Notes under the pieces: generated by a model | What the model was told of the DNA's origin: nothing | The model's input: the letters and a program-made list of their open reading frames with translations, nothing else | Database searches by the model: none | Program-made: the position numbers and the translations under genes | NCBI GenBank assembly: GCA_014237855.1 | Contig: JABACD010000007.1 | Location: 65,399-129,398 of the forward strand | DNA from: Planctomycetota bacterium | Lineage (GTDB): Bacteria > Planctomycetota > UBA1135 > GCA-002686595 | Reading direction: 5' to 3' | DNA length: 64,000 nucleotides | Shown here: one piece after another, positions 39,315-49,204 of the stretch | Position numbering within the stretch: position 1 is the stretch's first letter | Layout of the letters: each line of letters opens with the position of its first letter

Positions 39315-39679
39315 GGATATAGCTGGCCCGGGGTAGCAAGACACAGGACCAACGGGGTCTTCGGTGGTCACCGCACCTTGACTGAAGTCCGACCGCCGGG
39401 TCTCTGACAAAAGAAGTGACCCCCCATGAGCGCTTCCCGACAGCCATCGCACAGGTGCGGGTCCATACGATTCCAGCGCTCGACCGCAAAACGGCCTCCA
39501 GACCCCAAGAACGGCATTCCATGAGGAACACATGGCTCCCCGGCAGCAGCTGGTGCCTGCCGGGCAGGGCATGACCCAGCTCTGTGGAGAGACAGCAGAG
39601 GCCCGCGAATCCTGAGCCGATCGACCCCTCTCAGACAGGGGGCTGCCAGGAGGTCAGCCGCGCCCAGACCGGGCAGTAC

Positions 39680-41215
39680 CTACAGATCACCGGGCTCCTG
39701 CTGCTCACTGGAGTCGCCGTCAGAGTTCCTGGCGGGCTCATCGGCTCCACCTCCGAGGTAGCCGAGATTCTTCAGCTCTGCAATGCGCTCCTCGCTCAGC
39801 GTGGCGCCATCACCGGAATCAAGGCTGGCGAGCATCTCGTTGATGTCCTTGCAATCAGCAAACAGCTCGTTCAGCTGCGTGTAGATCGCGAGCAAGCGGG
39901 CTCGCTGGTCCGTCTGATACTGGGTGTCCGAGAGCAGGTTGTGTTGCTCGCCGGGATCCTCTCCGCGATCGTAGAAGATGGGCGGCTTGTTCCGTCCGGT
40001 CTTCACGAACTTGTACTCACCAACCTCGTCGCGGCCCACCAGGATGTGTCCATGAAAGAGGATCAGCCCATCATCAGGCTCTTCATTCAGCATGATGGCC
40101 GGTGCCAACGAGGGAAGCTGACCTATCGGCTCGAGCCCACACAGGTCCAAGATCGTGGGGGCCAGATCAGTGGACTGGGTGAGTGCCTCGATTCTTCTGG
40201 GTGCAACGCCTGACGTCGAGGGCAAGAGAATGATAAGCGGAACGCGGGCCACCTCATCGTGGTGAGTGTCATGCAACATCGACTCATGCTCGAAGAAGGA
40301 CTCGCCGTGGTCCGAGGTGATGATCACCAGCGTATTCTCCAGCTGGCCGCGCTTCTCGAGCTCCTCGAAGAGGCCCCGTAGCTTCTCGTCGAGATGTCGA
40401 ATACCAGCGTCATAGAGTCCGATGATGTACTCGAGATGATCTTCAGGAAGCGGCTCGATCTTCATCGAGAGGTCCTTGAGATACTTTGACGAGCACTGAT
40501 GCTCTCGGCCGGGGGTAGAGGAGCAGCCGGTAAAGCCCTCGGGCTTCTCTCCGGCAAACTGCTTCACCAGCTTCGGCGTCGACTGGTAGGGCAAGCAGGG
40601 CCCCTTCTGAGCATTGTCAGAGTGGATGTCGAAGAAGTGCAGGAAGGTGAAGCTGTTCTCCTGAGGGCTTTCGTCGACCAGCTCCAGGTAGTCCTCGATG
40701 ATCGTGTCAGCATCCGTCCAGCGGGAGACGAAGTGGTCAAAGCCCTGATTGAAGCCGTGGGCTTCATTCAACCAGGCGCCGTGGCTGGTGAAAGCTGCGG
40801 TGCTGTAACCCTCCTCTTGAAAGCGCTCAGCGAGAGTGACCGCAGACTGAGGCAGGACCTTGATCGGGTCGGTGTCGTTCTTGGGCGGAAATACCCCGTG
40901 GCTGGGGTAGTGCAACCCTGTCAGCATGGTCGCATGTGACGGAAGGGTGCAGTTGGAGTTCGCGAAATGGTTGTCGAAGACCACCCCTCGCTCCGCCAGT
41001 GAATCCAGGAACGGGGTCGTGTCCTGGTCATGGCCGCCAAAGCCCGTGTGATCCGCCCGGAGCGTGTCCAATGAGATCAACAAGACCCGCTGGGGTAGTG
41101 GCCCGTCGGCAGGGAGTGCCCCTCCGTCACCGCACGATCCAGCCAGGGCCAGCCCCAGGGCCAGGATCATCGAAGGGGTATGCCGGAGTGCAAGCAGGGG
41201 GGTGTTTCGAACCAT
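39680..41215 (-). CDS. Sulfatase-like alkaline-phosphatase-superfamily hydrolase (non-canonical active-site motif)
   Basis: LISLDTLRADH...NCTLPSHATMLTG...ITSDHGE. The motif is C-T-L-P-S-H rather than CxPxR. Confidence 0.75.
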   Translation of the reverse strand: MVRNTPLLALRHTPSMILALGLALAGSCGDGGALPADGPLPQRVLLISLDTLRADHTGFGGHDQDTTPFLDSLAERGVVFDNHFANSNCTLPSHATMLTGLHYPSHGVFPPKNDTDPIKVLPQSAVTLAERFQEEGYSTAAFTSHGAWLNEAHGFNQGFDHFVSRWTDADTIIEDYLELVDESPQENSFTFLHFFDIHSDNAQKGPCLPYQSTPKLVKQFAGEKPEGFTGCSSTPGREHQCSSKYLKDLSMKIEPLPEDHLEYIIGLYDAGIRHLDEKLRGLFEELEKRGQLENTLVIITSDHGESFFEHESMLHDTHHDEVARVPLIILLPSTSGVAPRRIEALTQSTDLAPTILDLCGLEPIGQLPSLAPAIMLNEEPDDGLILFHGHILVGRDEVGEYKFVKTGRNKPPIFYDRGEDPGEQHNLLSDTQYQTDQRARLLAIYTQLNELFADCKDINEMLASLDSGDGATLSEERIAELKNLGYLGGGADEPARNSDGDSSEQQEPGDL

Positions 41216-41368
41216 CGGGTAAGGGAGTCAGCAAGGCCTTGGCTTGAGCCAGAAGTATATAGCCCATTTACCGGGGGGCTCGGACCTCATCGCCCAACTT
41301 GAAGCCTGCGCCCAGGTTCCGGTGGTGTCCAGGCCGGAGGAAGTCGGCATCCGGCTGGCCCAGGACCA

Positions 41369-42124
41369 TCAGGAGGCCTTCCAGGCCGCGGTGAGAACCT
41401 TGGCGTACTTCAGGAAGCTGTGAATCCCTGACAGGAGCGCCACACAGATCCCAGCGAGTCCATCAAGGAATGCCCGCTTGATGACGAGCAGCTTGAAGAA
41501 GGTCCAGGCTCCTCGCGTGAGGGGTGTGAGGATCGAAACCCGGCGGCCCTCATCAATCAGCCGCTGGGCCGAGATTGTCGTGTAGCGATCAACCGTCTGC
41601 AGATGATCCGAGAGGCTTGCAAAGGAATAGTGCTGTAGATCCCCGCTGAGCTGGCCGGTCGTTCCTTGAAGAACCTCCACGTGCTCGTGTGGATCAACTC
41701 CCCGGACCTCACAACTGCGGCGATCGAAGAGCCTGGTGCGCCACTCCGGATACCAGCAGTGATCCAACCAGCGATAGATGTAGAAGCTCTTGCGTGGCAT
41801 CTCGAATGCCGAGTGCTGCGGCTGTTGGCCTAGCGCCTCAGTGATTGACTCCGCCAGCTCCTGAGTCAGGCGCTCATCGCAATCCAAGTTGAGGATCCAA
41901 TCATGTCTCGCCAGGGAGTACGCCAGGGCCTTCTGAGCTCCCATCCCCAGCCATTCTTGATGAATGATGCGAACCCCATGGCGTTCGGCAATTGCAACCG
42001 TGTCGTCCGTGCTTCCGGAGTCAACAAGGATGACCTCATCGACCACCCCCACGAGGCTCTCCAGGCATCCTTCGATCCTGGTACCCTCGTTGAGGCTGAT
42101 GATGCAGGCAGATATCTTCGGCAT
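41369..42124 (-). CDS. Family 2 glycosyltransferase
   Basis: ISACIISLNEGTRIEGCL....VILVDSGSTDDT...LDCDE (DxD). Confidence 0.85.
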   Translation of the reverse strand: MPKISACIISLNEGTRIEGCLESLVGVVDEVILVDSGSTDDTVAIAERHGVRIIHQEWLGMGAQKALAYSLARHDWILNLDCDERLTQELAESITEALGQQPQHSAFEMPRKSFYIYRWLDHCWYPEWRTRLFDRRSCEVRGVDPHEHVEVLQGTTGQLSGDLQHYSFASLSDHLQTVDRYTTISAQRLIDEGRRVSILTPLTRGAWTFFKLLVIKRAFLDGLAGICVALLSGIHSFLKYAKVLTAAWKAS

Positions 42125-42327
42125 GAAAATTCTGAGTCGAGTCGCGAGGGTACCCTTTTGGAGCCTCTATCCCTCATGGCGAACCCGCGCTCGAAAGCGG
42201 AAGTGTGTGTAGAGTCACCACGAACACCCCACTCACAGCCCCTTGTGGTAGGGTTGCCAGACAGCCGCATGGGCGAGCCCCCGACTTACCCCCTGAGGAT
42301 CCCTGTCACCACGAGCCAATTGAACCT

Positions 42328-43659
42328 ATGAACCCCAAGCTTCTTCTTCCCACACTCGCTGCCTGCAGCCTAGGTCTGACTGGCTTGACCAGCGCCCAAG
42401 GATCAGATCAGTGCACCACGGCACAGGCGATCACAGGTCTTGGTTTCTTCAACTTTGACAACTCCGCTGCGACAACCGACGGCCTCCCCGATCCGCTCTG
42501 TGATTACTTCAGTCAGTCCGACGTGGAGAATGATGTCTGGTTCAGCTGGGTAGCTCCCTCCAGTAGCATCTACACCTTCGAGACCTGCGGGCTCACAACC
42601 GTCGACACCAAGGCCGGAATCTATGATGGGAGCTGCGCGGGGACCCTGCTCGCCTGCAACGACGACTCCTGTAGCTCCCTCCAGACCAGCATCACCTGGA
42701 GCGCTACCGCCGGAAGCACCTATCTCATTCGACTGGGGACCTACCCCACGGCCCTCGGCGGGGTCGGCCAGTTCGAGCTAAGAGAGGAGATCCCCGCGTC
42801 CAACCCCGGCAATGGGAATAGCTACATGGTCGTGACCGCTGGGCTCTCCTGGCAAGACGCGGACACCTCGGCCCAGAGCTACACCTACGGCGGCAGCCCG
42901 GGCCACCTCGTGACAATTAGCGACCAGGCCGAGCTCGACTGGATTCTCGCCAACCTGGTCGTCGACCGCCCCTGGATCGGCCTCTACCAGGACACCGGCA
43001 ACCCGAACTACTCGGAGCCCAGCGGTGGTTGGGTGTGGGTGACCGGAGAGCCCAGGGTCTTCACCAACTGGTTCCCCGGCGAGCCCAACGACAACAGTGC
43101 GACCGCAGGCCCTGAGAACTACTGCGAGATGTTCGCCTCTGGTGAATGGAACGATGCCGAGCTGAATCACCTTCAAACCAATTCCTACATCATCGAGTTC
43201 GAGGGCAGCAGCTCAGGTAATGCTTATTGTGCAGGCGACGGCAGTGCAACCTGCCCCTGCTTCGCGATCTTCGGCCCGGGAGTCGGCTGCCAGAACACAG
43301 GCGGTCCCGGAGCAGGCCTTGCAGGCACTGGAAATGCACAGGTCAGCAACGACACCTTCCAGTTTGATGTCAGCGGGGTCCCCGGTGCCAAGCCCGGCCT
43401 ACTCGTGAAGGGATCGGTGCAGATCTTCAATGCGGTGGGGGACGGAATCCTCTGCACCGCGCCCCAAATGCGCTCTCACGTGCAGATCACCAGCGCGGCA
43501 GGGGAAGCCACCTACGCGGACTTTGACTCCCAGCCCTTCGGCGCCATCGCCAACATGGGCAGCCCGACCTACTTCCAGTACTGGTATCGCGACCCCGGCA
43601 ACACCTGTGGTGGTGGCTTCAACTTCTCCAATGCCTGGGAGGTCTCGTTCACGCCCTAG
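42328..43659 (+). CDS. Secreted C-type lectin domain protein with N-terminal Cys-rich domain and shared C-terminal domain
   Basis: It has a signal peptide (MNPKLLLPTLAACSLGLTGLTSAQG). The CTLD pattern is WIGL...GGWVWVTGEP..FTNWFPGEPND....ENYCEM..SGEWNDAE. ATG at 42328. Confidence 0.8.
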   Translation: MNPKLLLPTLAACSLGLTGLTSAQGSDQCTTAQAITGLGFFNFDNSAATTDGLPDPLCDYFSQSDVENDVWFSWVAPSSSIYTFETCGLTTVDTKAGIYDGSCAGTLLACNDDSCSSLQTSITWSATAGSTYLIRLGTYPTALGGVGQFELREEIPASNPGNGNSYMVVTAGLSWQDADTSAQSYTYGGSPGHLVTISDQAELDWILANLVVDRPWIGLYQDTGNPNYSEPSGGWVWVTGEPRVFTNWFPGEPNDNSATAGPENYCEMFASGEWNDAELNHLQTNSYIIEFEGSSSGNAYCAGDGSATCPCFAIFGPGVGCQNTGGPGAGLAGTGNAQVSNDTFQFDVSGVPGAKPGLLVKGSVQIFNAVGDGILCTAPQMRSHVQITSAAGEATYADFDSQPFGAIANMGSPTYFQYWYRDPGNTCGGGFNFSNAWEVSFTP

Positions 43660-43736
43660 CCACGGCCACCGATTTTTTCTCCAAGGCGAGGCGCAGCCCT
43701 TTACGGACTGCGCCTCGCCTCTGTAACTTCTGGCCC

Positions 43737-44270
43737 ATGAAGCTCTGGTCATCGATCCTCCTCTTCGCCTGCCTGGCCTGCGCCGGCCAGACGCCCCCCG
43801 AAGCCTCTAGCGCCACCTCGATAGAGGTCATGCGCATCGGAGACCTCCAGCTGAGCAATCCGAGCGTCCCCCGAACCGGCCTGCTGTGCACCGGCCAGCT
43901 GAGCAAGGAGCAGTTCGACGCCCTCGTTCGCGCGGGCTATCGAAACTTCATCTGCCTCCGCTTGCTCTCGGAGCCCGGCACCGGCTGGGAAACCGCACAC
44001 GCGGGCGCCCTGGGCGTGCAATTCACACGCCTGCCCATCGCGAATGCTGACGCCATCAATGAGGCGAACGCCATCGAACTGGGGCGAATCCTCGCGCAGA
44101 CCAGTGAACCGACCGTGCTCTACTGCAAGGGCTCCAGTCGGGTTGGAGCCCTCTATGGAGCGATGCTCTACTTCGTCGATGACAGCGACGCTCAGGAGGC
44201 TCTGCAGGGTGCTCGGGAGGCGGGCCTCGGCGGTCTGGAGCCTCGCCTGCGCGTGGTGCTCGAGCTCTAG
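43737..44270 (+). CDS. Lipoprotein with a phosphatase/sulfurtransferase-like Cys loop (DUF442- or rhodanese-like, tentative)
   Basis: The lipobox is LFACLAC. The candidate active-site loop is VLYCKGSSRVGA. The family assignment is tentative. Confidence 0.4.
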   Translation: MKLWSSILLFACLACAGQTPPEASSATSIEVMRIGDLQLSNPSVPRTGLLCTGQLSKEQFDALVRAGYRNFICLRLLSEPGTGWETAHAGALGVQFTRLPIANADAINEANAIELGRILAQTSEPTVLYCKGSSRVGALYGAMLYFVDDSDAQEALQGAREAGLGGLEPRLRVVLEL

Positions 44271-45763
44271 TCGCTCGCTTCGCCCGTGTACCCCAGGGCT
44301 TCGAGCGAGCTCGAGTCCGGTACCGCTGTCTCAGCTGAACTGGGCACGAGCCTGAAGGCGTCCTTCATCTCCAGGAACCGCCTGAGCCGCTGCACGACCT
44401 CCGGATGCTGTGCGTGAACATTCACGAGCTCCAGTGGATCAGCCTCCAGGTCATAGAGCTCCGAGTTGGCAGGCAAGGTTGCGTGATGAATGAGCTTCCA
44501 GCGCTGGTCCATGGCCACGAAGAGGTTGTCGCGCTGGTTCTCGGGCAGCCGACTCCCAGGCGAGTGGGCATCCTCGAGGTTCAGCGCATCCGCGTAGGCA
44601 ATACGTGGCTCGTCGAGTTCACCACGGAGGATCGGAAGGACACTGCGCCCCTCGAGCCCTCCCGGGGGATCCAGATCAAGCGCTTCCAGAACCGTGGGAA
44701 GGATGTCGATCGTACGCACGAGCTCAGGCACGACCACGCCCCCCTGCTCACCCGGCAGTCGGAGGATCAAGGGCACGCGAATCGACCACTCATAGACCAG
44801 CCGATGAAGCAGCCACGAGTGACGCTGAAGGCCGTCACCCAGTCCCTGGCCATGGTCGGCCACGACCACGATCAAGGTTTGCTCCAGCTGCCCCGAGCTC
44901 TCTAGATGCTCGAGCACCCGACCAATCTGCGCATCGACGAATGAGAGCTCCAGGTCGTACATCAGCTCCCGTGCACTGACATCCTTCGGACCGAGAGTCT
45001 TGTCATAGACGACTCCGGCACGTTCTGCGAATTCAACTGGCGGCACCAGTGAGAAGTCGTGCACATCGAAGTAATGCAACCACATGTGCCAGGGACCCGC
45101 ATCACCGAACTGCTCCAGCCAGGTGAGCGCCTCGTCGGTGGTGTGATCTCCTCGCCGCTGCGTGTGGGTGAGCTTCGAGTCCTGCCAGTAGCCACGATGC
45201 TTCTGTGGATGGGAGATGTCCAGCTCAGCAATGCTGTCCCTGACCCCGGTTCGAAAGCGCTGGTACCCGTTGTCCAGCCCATAGATCTCAGACACCGGAT
45301 AGGCGCTGACGAAGGCGGCCGTGCGCCAACCACGAGCGGCAAGCATGCTGGGGAGACTGGCGATGTCCGGCGAGAGCCGATGCTCCAGATCTCCGTAGAA
45401 GACTCGCAGTCCATGCGAGTAGGGATTGCGACCGGTCAGAATCGAGGCGTGAGCCATCGGTGTCAGGCCCGCAGTGGAGATCGCGCACTCGAAACGCACG
45501 CCCTCCTGCGCGAGGCCATCCAGGTGCGGTGTGGACGCAGCCTGGTCCCCGTAGCAACCAAGTCGGTCAGCCCTGACGGTATCCAACGTCACCAGCAGGA
45601 CATTCCACTCCTGGCCCCACTCCTGTTCATCCAGGTCTTCGGAGGAGCATCCGGATAGCACCACTCCGCCAACCAGCAGCAGGCAGGCAAGCCCCTTGAT
45701 GGGGGCTCTCAGGCTCCTACCTGGGGCAGTGAGCAGAGAAGGGTGGATCGATGTCGAGGGCAT
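44267..45763 (-). CDS. Sulfatase-like alkaline-phosphatase-superfamily hydrolase (Thr/Gly in place of the FGly Cys)
   Basis: LLVTLDTVRADRLG...STAGLTPMAHASILTG...VVADHGQ. It has a lipoprotein-like N-terminus. Confidence 0.75.
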   Translation of the reverse strand: MPSTSIHPSLLTAPGRSLRAPIKGLACLLLVGGVVLSGCSSEDLDEQEWGQEWNVLLVTLDTVRADRLGCYGDQAASTPHLDGLAQEGVRFECAISTAGLTPMAHASILTGRNPYSHGLRVFYGDLEHRLSPDIASLPSMLAARGWRTAAFVSAYPVSEIYGLDNGYQRFRTGVRDSIAELDISHPQKHRGYWQDSKLTHTQRRGDHTTDEALTWLEQFGDAGPWHMWLHYFDVHDFSLVPPVEFAERAGVVYDKTLGPKDVSARELMYDLELSFVDAQIGRVLEHLESSGQLEQTLIVVVADHGQGLGDGLQRHSWLLHRLVYEWSIRVPLILRLPGEQGGVVVPELVRTIDILPTVLEALDLDPPGGLEGRSVLPILRGELDEPRIAYADALNLEDAHSPGSRLPENQRDNLFVAMDQRWKLIHHATLPANSELYDLEADPLELVNVHAQHPEVVQRLRRFLEMKDAFRLVPSSAETAVPDSSSLEALGYTGEASD

Positions 45764-45863
45764 GAGGGAAAAGCAGTTTCGCCGAACTCCGCAGAGTCTA
45801 GGTTAGAATTCGCCCGGTACCAGCGCCCCCTCACTCTCTGACACCGGGCAGGCTTCCGCCTCG

Positions 45864-48257
45864 ATGACTCTGATCATGATCCGACGCCCTCGAACGCGAC
45901 TCAACTTCACGGTATTCCCCTCGATCCTGGCCTTTGCGGGGCTGATGCTGCTCTCCGCCATCGTTCCCGAAGTCAGCCCGGATCCTCCCCAGGACACGCT
46001 CGCCAAGGACCTCAAGTCAAAGGACGCCAACGTGCGCCTCGCTGCCGCCAGGCAGGTTGCGGAGTCCGGTGGAGAGGATGCCGAGAAGGCCCTGACCAGG
46101 CTCCTCAAGGACGATGACTGGGAGGTGATGATCGTGGCCTGCGAGGGGCTTGGACGTCATGGGGGGGAGAAATCGGTGGATACCCTCGTCAAGCTGGCCT
46201 ACGACGGACCGATCCGTTACGTGAGGGCCAGCGCCGCAGATGCCGTCGCCCAGCTCGACCCCAACGAGGCCGCCAAGTCCCTGGGCAAGAAGCTAAAGAA
46301 GGACACGGCGCTGGCCGCCTGTCAGGCTCTTGTCCGGATTGCACCGAGCCTTCAGGGCTTCGAGGCTCCCAAGGGCCTGAAGAAGCTGCTTGGTGACAAG
46401 AACCTGCGGGTTCGCGCTGCAGCCTCCGGCGCCATGGTGGCGCTCTCCCGCGAAGACCGAGCTGAGGTGATCGAGTCCCTGCTGGGCTCGGAGCACCTGG
46501 CAGTACGCGCCTCCGCTCTCGAGGTTGCAGCGGAGCAGCCCCGGACCGAACAGGTCCAGCCAATCCTGTCGCTCCTGGAAGAGGCTACCCTCTCCGACGT
46601 GGTCCAGCGCCGGGCCCTACCTGCCCTCGCGGCAGGCATCGACTGCATCGAGAAGAACCCCGGAGAGACCTTCGAATCCTCGCTGGCAGCACTCTGCAGC
46701 TCGAAGGAAGCCAGCGTGGCTCGCCGGGGGCCACTGCTCGCGAGGCTCGCTCTGGAGTACGACTGGGGCCAGCGGCTTGACCTCGTCGCCAGCACCAAGA
46801 CAGCTCGAGAGCACGACGATCCGGGAGTTCGTGCATCCGCCGCCTTCCTGCTGCGCTTTCTGGGCGCCGACCAGGGTCTCGAGACAGCCCATGGGATCTA
46901 CGCTGCTGACAGTAGTGTTCGTGTTCGCCGGGCGGCCTTCGAATCGATCCTGGAACTTCAGCCGATCACCACCGACGAGACCCGCACCTGGATCATCGAA
47001 CAGCTGGGCAAGGAAGGTAGCGCCGAGCTACGAGAGGTCATGGTCGTTGCACTGGGCAGCAGGGAACTGACGGAGCAGGGCGATGCCGTCCAGGCCCTGA
47101 TCGACTCGCTCCAGGACAGCAACTGGGCAGTGGCCTGCTGTGCTGCCGTGTCGCTCGGCCTGACACGCAGCGAGTTCGCCGTGGAGCCACTCGAGGCACT
47201 GGTTCGCGAGGCGCCCGGCTGGCGTCTGCGCGGCGCGGCCGTCGTGGGCCTCTCCAAGTGCCTGCAAAAGGACGGCATCGACAGCATCATCGCCGCACTC
47301 GCCGATGACGAACCGCTCGTCGCCAGGACCGCCCACTCCTACCTGCTCTCGATCGCGCGCGGCGAGGTGATTCCGCCCGAGATCGAGGCCTGGGCCACCT
47401 GGTGGTCCGAAAAGCAGGACAAGCTGCGCCTGCTCGATCCTCGCGATCAGCAAGAGAGGAACAAGAAGTACGGCTATGAGGCGACCCCCGAACAGGTCTA
47501 TCGGGGACTCGACGTCGTGGTCCTCGAGAGCCGCGGTGATCGGATCCAGGAGATCTTCGAACGACTTGGAATCGTGCACCGCATGACGATCTCCAATCGA
47601 ATCAAGCAGGATGGGCTCGATCCCTCCGGCGTGTTCGTCTCCAACTGCACTGGAGAGATGGAGGTCGAGGATCTCGAGCGACTCGACTGGTTCGTGAAGG
47701 TCGGCGGCTATCTCTGCGGCTCTTGCTGGGCCGTCACCGAGACCATCGCGAAGATCGAGCCCGGGGTCGTCGCCAAGGTGGCCACGCGCGATCAGGTCAT
47801 GGACAACGTCCTCTCCACTTCCTGTGCTCCCGACAGCCCCTACACCAAGGGAGTCTTCGGCAAGCACGTGGTTCCCATCTACCGGCTCGAAGGCGCCCAC
47901 CTCATCAGGGTCCTGCAACCCGAGCGGGTCGAGATGCTGGTGGACAGCGTCGAGTGCGCGGAGAAGTGGGGGGGTGGAAACCTGGCTTGCTGGTTCACCT
48001 CGGGTCACGGCACCATCCTGGACTCGGCCAACCACTTCAACCTGCAGGGCTTCGAGTATGCCACCTACCTGAAGAAACCCGAGCAACGCATGGCCTATGC
48101 AGTCGATCACATGGGGACCTCCTTCGAGCGCATTCGAGAGACAGAGAAAGAGAGGTTCTGGAGCTCCAACAACAAGGCCGGCGAGCAGATCTTCGACGAC
48201 TCCGTGTTCCGGCTGGTGACCAACTTCGTGCGGCTCAGACGCCTCGAGGGTCGCTGA
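45864..48257 (+). CDS. Membrane-anchored HEAT-repeat protein with a ~300-aa C-terminal domain of unknown function
   Basis: Repeated ...D.NVRLAAA..L...G... HEAT/PBS-lyase-like units. The C-terminal part (VVVLESRGDRI...FVKVGGYLCGSCWA) is only vaguely reminiscent of class-I GATase-like folds, which I could not verify. Confidence 0.7.
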   Translation: MTLIMIRRPRTRLNFTVFPSILAFAGLMLLSAIVPEVSPDPPQDTLAKDLKSKDANVRLAAARQVAESGGEDAEKALTRLLKDDDWEVMIVACEGLGRHGGEKSVDTLVKLAYDGPIRYVRASAADAVAQLDPNEAAKSLGKKLKKDTALAACQALVRIAPSLQGFEAPKGLKKLLGDKNLRVRAAASGAMVALSREDRAEVIESLLGSEHLAVRASALEVAAEQPRTEQVQPILSLLEEATLSDVVQRRALPALAAGIDCIEKNPGETFESSLAALCSSKEASVARRGPLLARLALEYDWGQRLDLVASTKTAREHDDPGVRASAAFLLRFLGADQGLETAHGIYAADSSVRVRRAAFESILELQPITTDETRTWIIEQLGKEGSAELREVMVVALGSRELTEQGDAVQALIDSLQDSNWAVACCAAVSLGLTRSEFAVEPLEALVREAPGWRLRGAAVVGLSKCLQKDGIDSIIAALADDEPLVARTAHSYLLSIARGEVIPPEIEAWATWWSEKQDKLRLLDPRDQQERNKKYGYEATPEQVYRGLDVVVLESRGDRIQEIFERLGIVHRMTISNRIKQDGLDPSGVFVSNCTGEMEVEDLERLDWFVKVGGYLCGSCWAVTETIAKIEPGVVAKVATRDQVMDNVLSTSCAPDSPYTKGVFGKHVVPIYRLEGAHLIRVLQPERVEMLVDSVECAEKWGGGNLACWFTSGHGTILDSANHFNLQGFEYATYLKKPEQRMAYAVDHMGTSFERIRETEKERFWSSNNKAGEQIFDDSVFRLVTNFVRLRRLEGR

Positions 48258-48282
48258 TAGCCGGCAATACAGGAATCAGGTA

Positions 48283-49197
48283 GTGGGCACCCCGATCGAG
48301 AAGCAAGCCAGCATACCGGGGCCCAACCTGCGCTTTGGAACCTCCAGCTGGTCCTCGAAGAGCTGGGTGGGAAGCTTCTATCCCGAGGGCACCAAGCCCG
48401 CCGACTTCCTGAGCTCCTACGCGAGGGTCTTCAACACGGTGGAGGCCGATGTCACGTACTACCGCATCCCCAGCCACTCGATGGTGCAAGGATGGAGGCG
48501 CCGAACCCCGAGTGGCTTCCAGATCTCGGCCAAGTACCCACGGACAGTGGTCCATGCAGGAAGCGGACGCACCCCCGACCCCGACCGAGTCCTGGTCTAC
48601 GACCATGTTCAAAAGGACAGTGAGAACTTCCTGACAGTGATGCGCGAGCTGGGTGACAGATGCGGCCCACTCGTACTTCAGTTTCCCTACTTCAACAAGC
48701 AGGCCTTTGGCGAACCAGGACCTTTCCTGGAGCGCTTGGACTCCTTTCTCGAGCACTTACCGCCGGACTTTCAATACGCGGTGGAGATACGAAACAAGAA
48801 CTGGGTGACCGAGGACTTGCTCGAGCTCCTGCGCAGCCATCAGGTGGCCTTCGTCTTGCTGGACCTCTCCTACATGCCGCACCCAGCTGATCTCGCCACT
48901 CAGCATCAGCTGGTCACCTCCGACTTCATCTACGCGCGCCTGATCGGAGACCGCAAGAAGATCGACTCGATGACGGACAAGTTCGACCAGATCGTCCTGG
49001 ATCAGAGCTCGCGACTGTCGCGTTGGGCCGACCTGCTGAAGCAGCTGTCGGGCCAGGTCCATGATTTCTTTGTCTACGCCAACAATCACTACGCCGGCCA
49101 CGGCCCAGCCACGGCTGCCGAGCTGGCCGCCCTCGTCCGGGGCGAGGAGCCGCCGCCTGCGCCTCAGGTTCCACGGCCCGGCGAGCTTCCATTCTAG
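48283..49197 (+). CDS. DUF72 (YecE/UPF0759) family protein
   Basis: LRFGTSSWSSKSWVGSFYP......F.TVEADVTYYRIPS......W....P.GF.F. GTG start. Confidence 0.8.
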   Translation: MGTPIEKQASIPGPNLRFGTSSWSSKSWVGSFYPEGTKPADFLSSYARVFNTVEADVTYYRIPSHSMVQGWRRRTPSGFQISAKYPRTVVHAGSGRTPDPDRVLVYDHVQKDSENFLTVMRELGDRCGPLVLQFPYFNKQAFGEPGPFLERLDSFLEHLPPDFQYAVEIRNKNWVTEDLLELLRSHQVAFVLLDLSYMPHPADLATQHQLVTSDFIYARLIGDRKKIDSMTDKFDQIVLDQSSRLSRWADLLKQLSGQVHDFFVYANNHYAGHGPATAAELAALVRGEEPPPAPQVPRPGELPF

Positions 49198-49204
49198 GTA
49201 GGCC

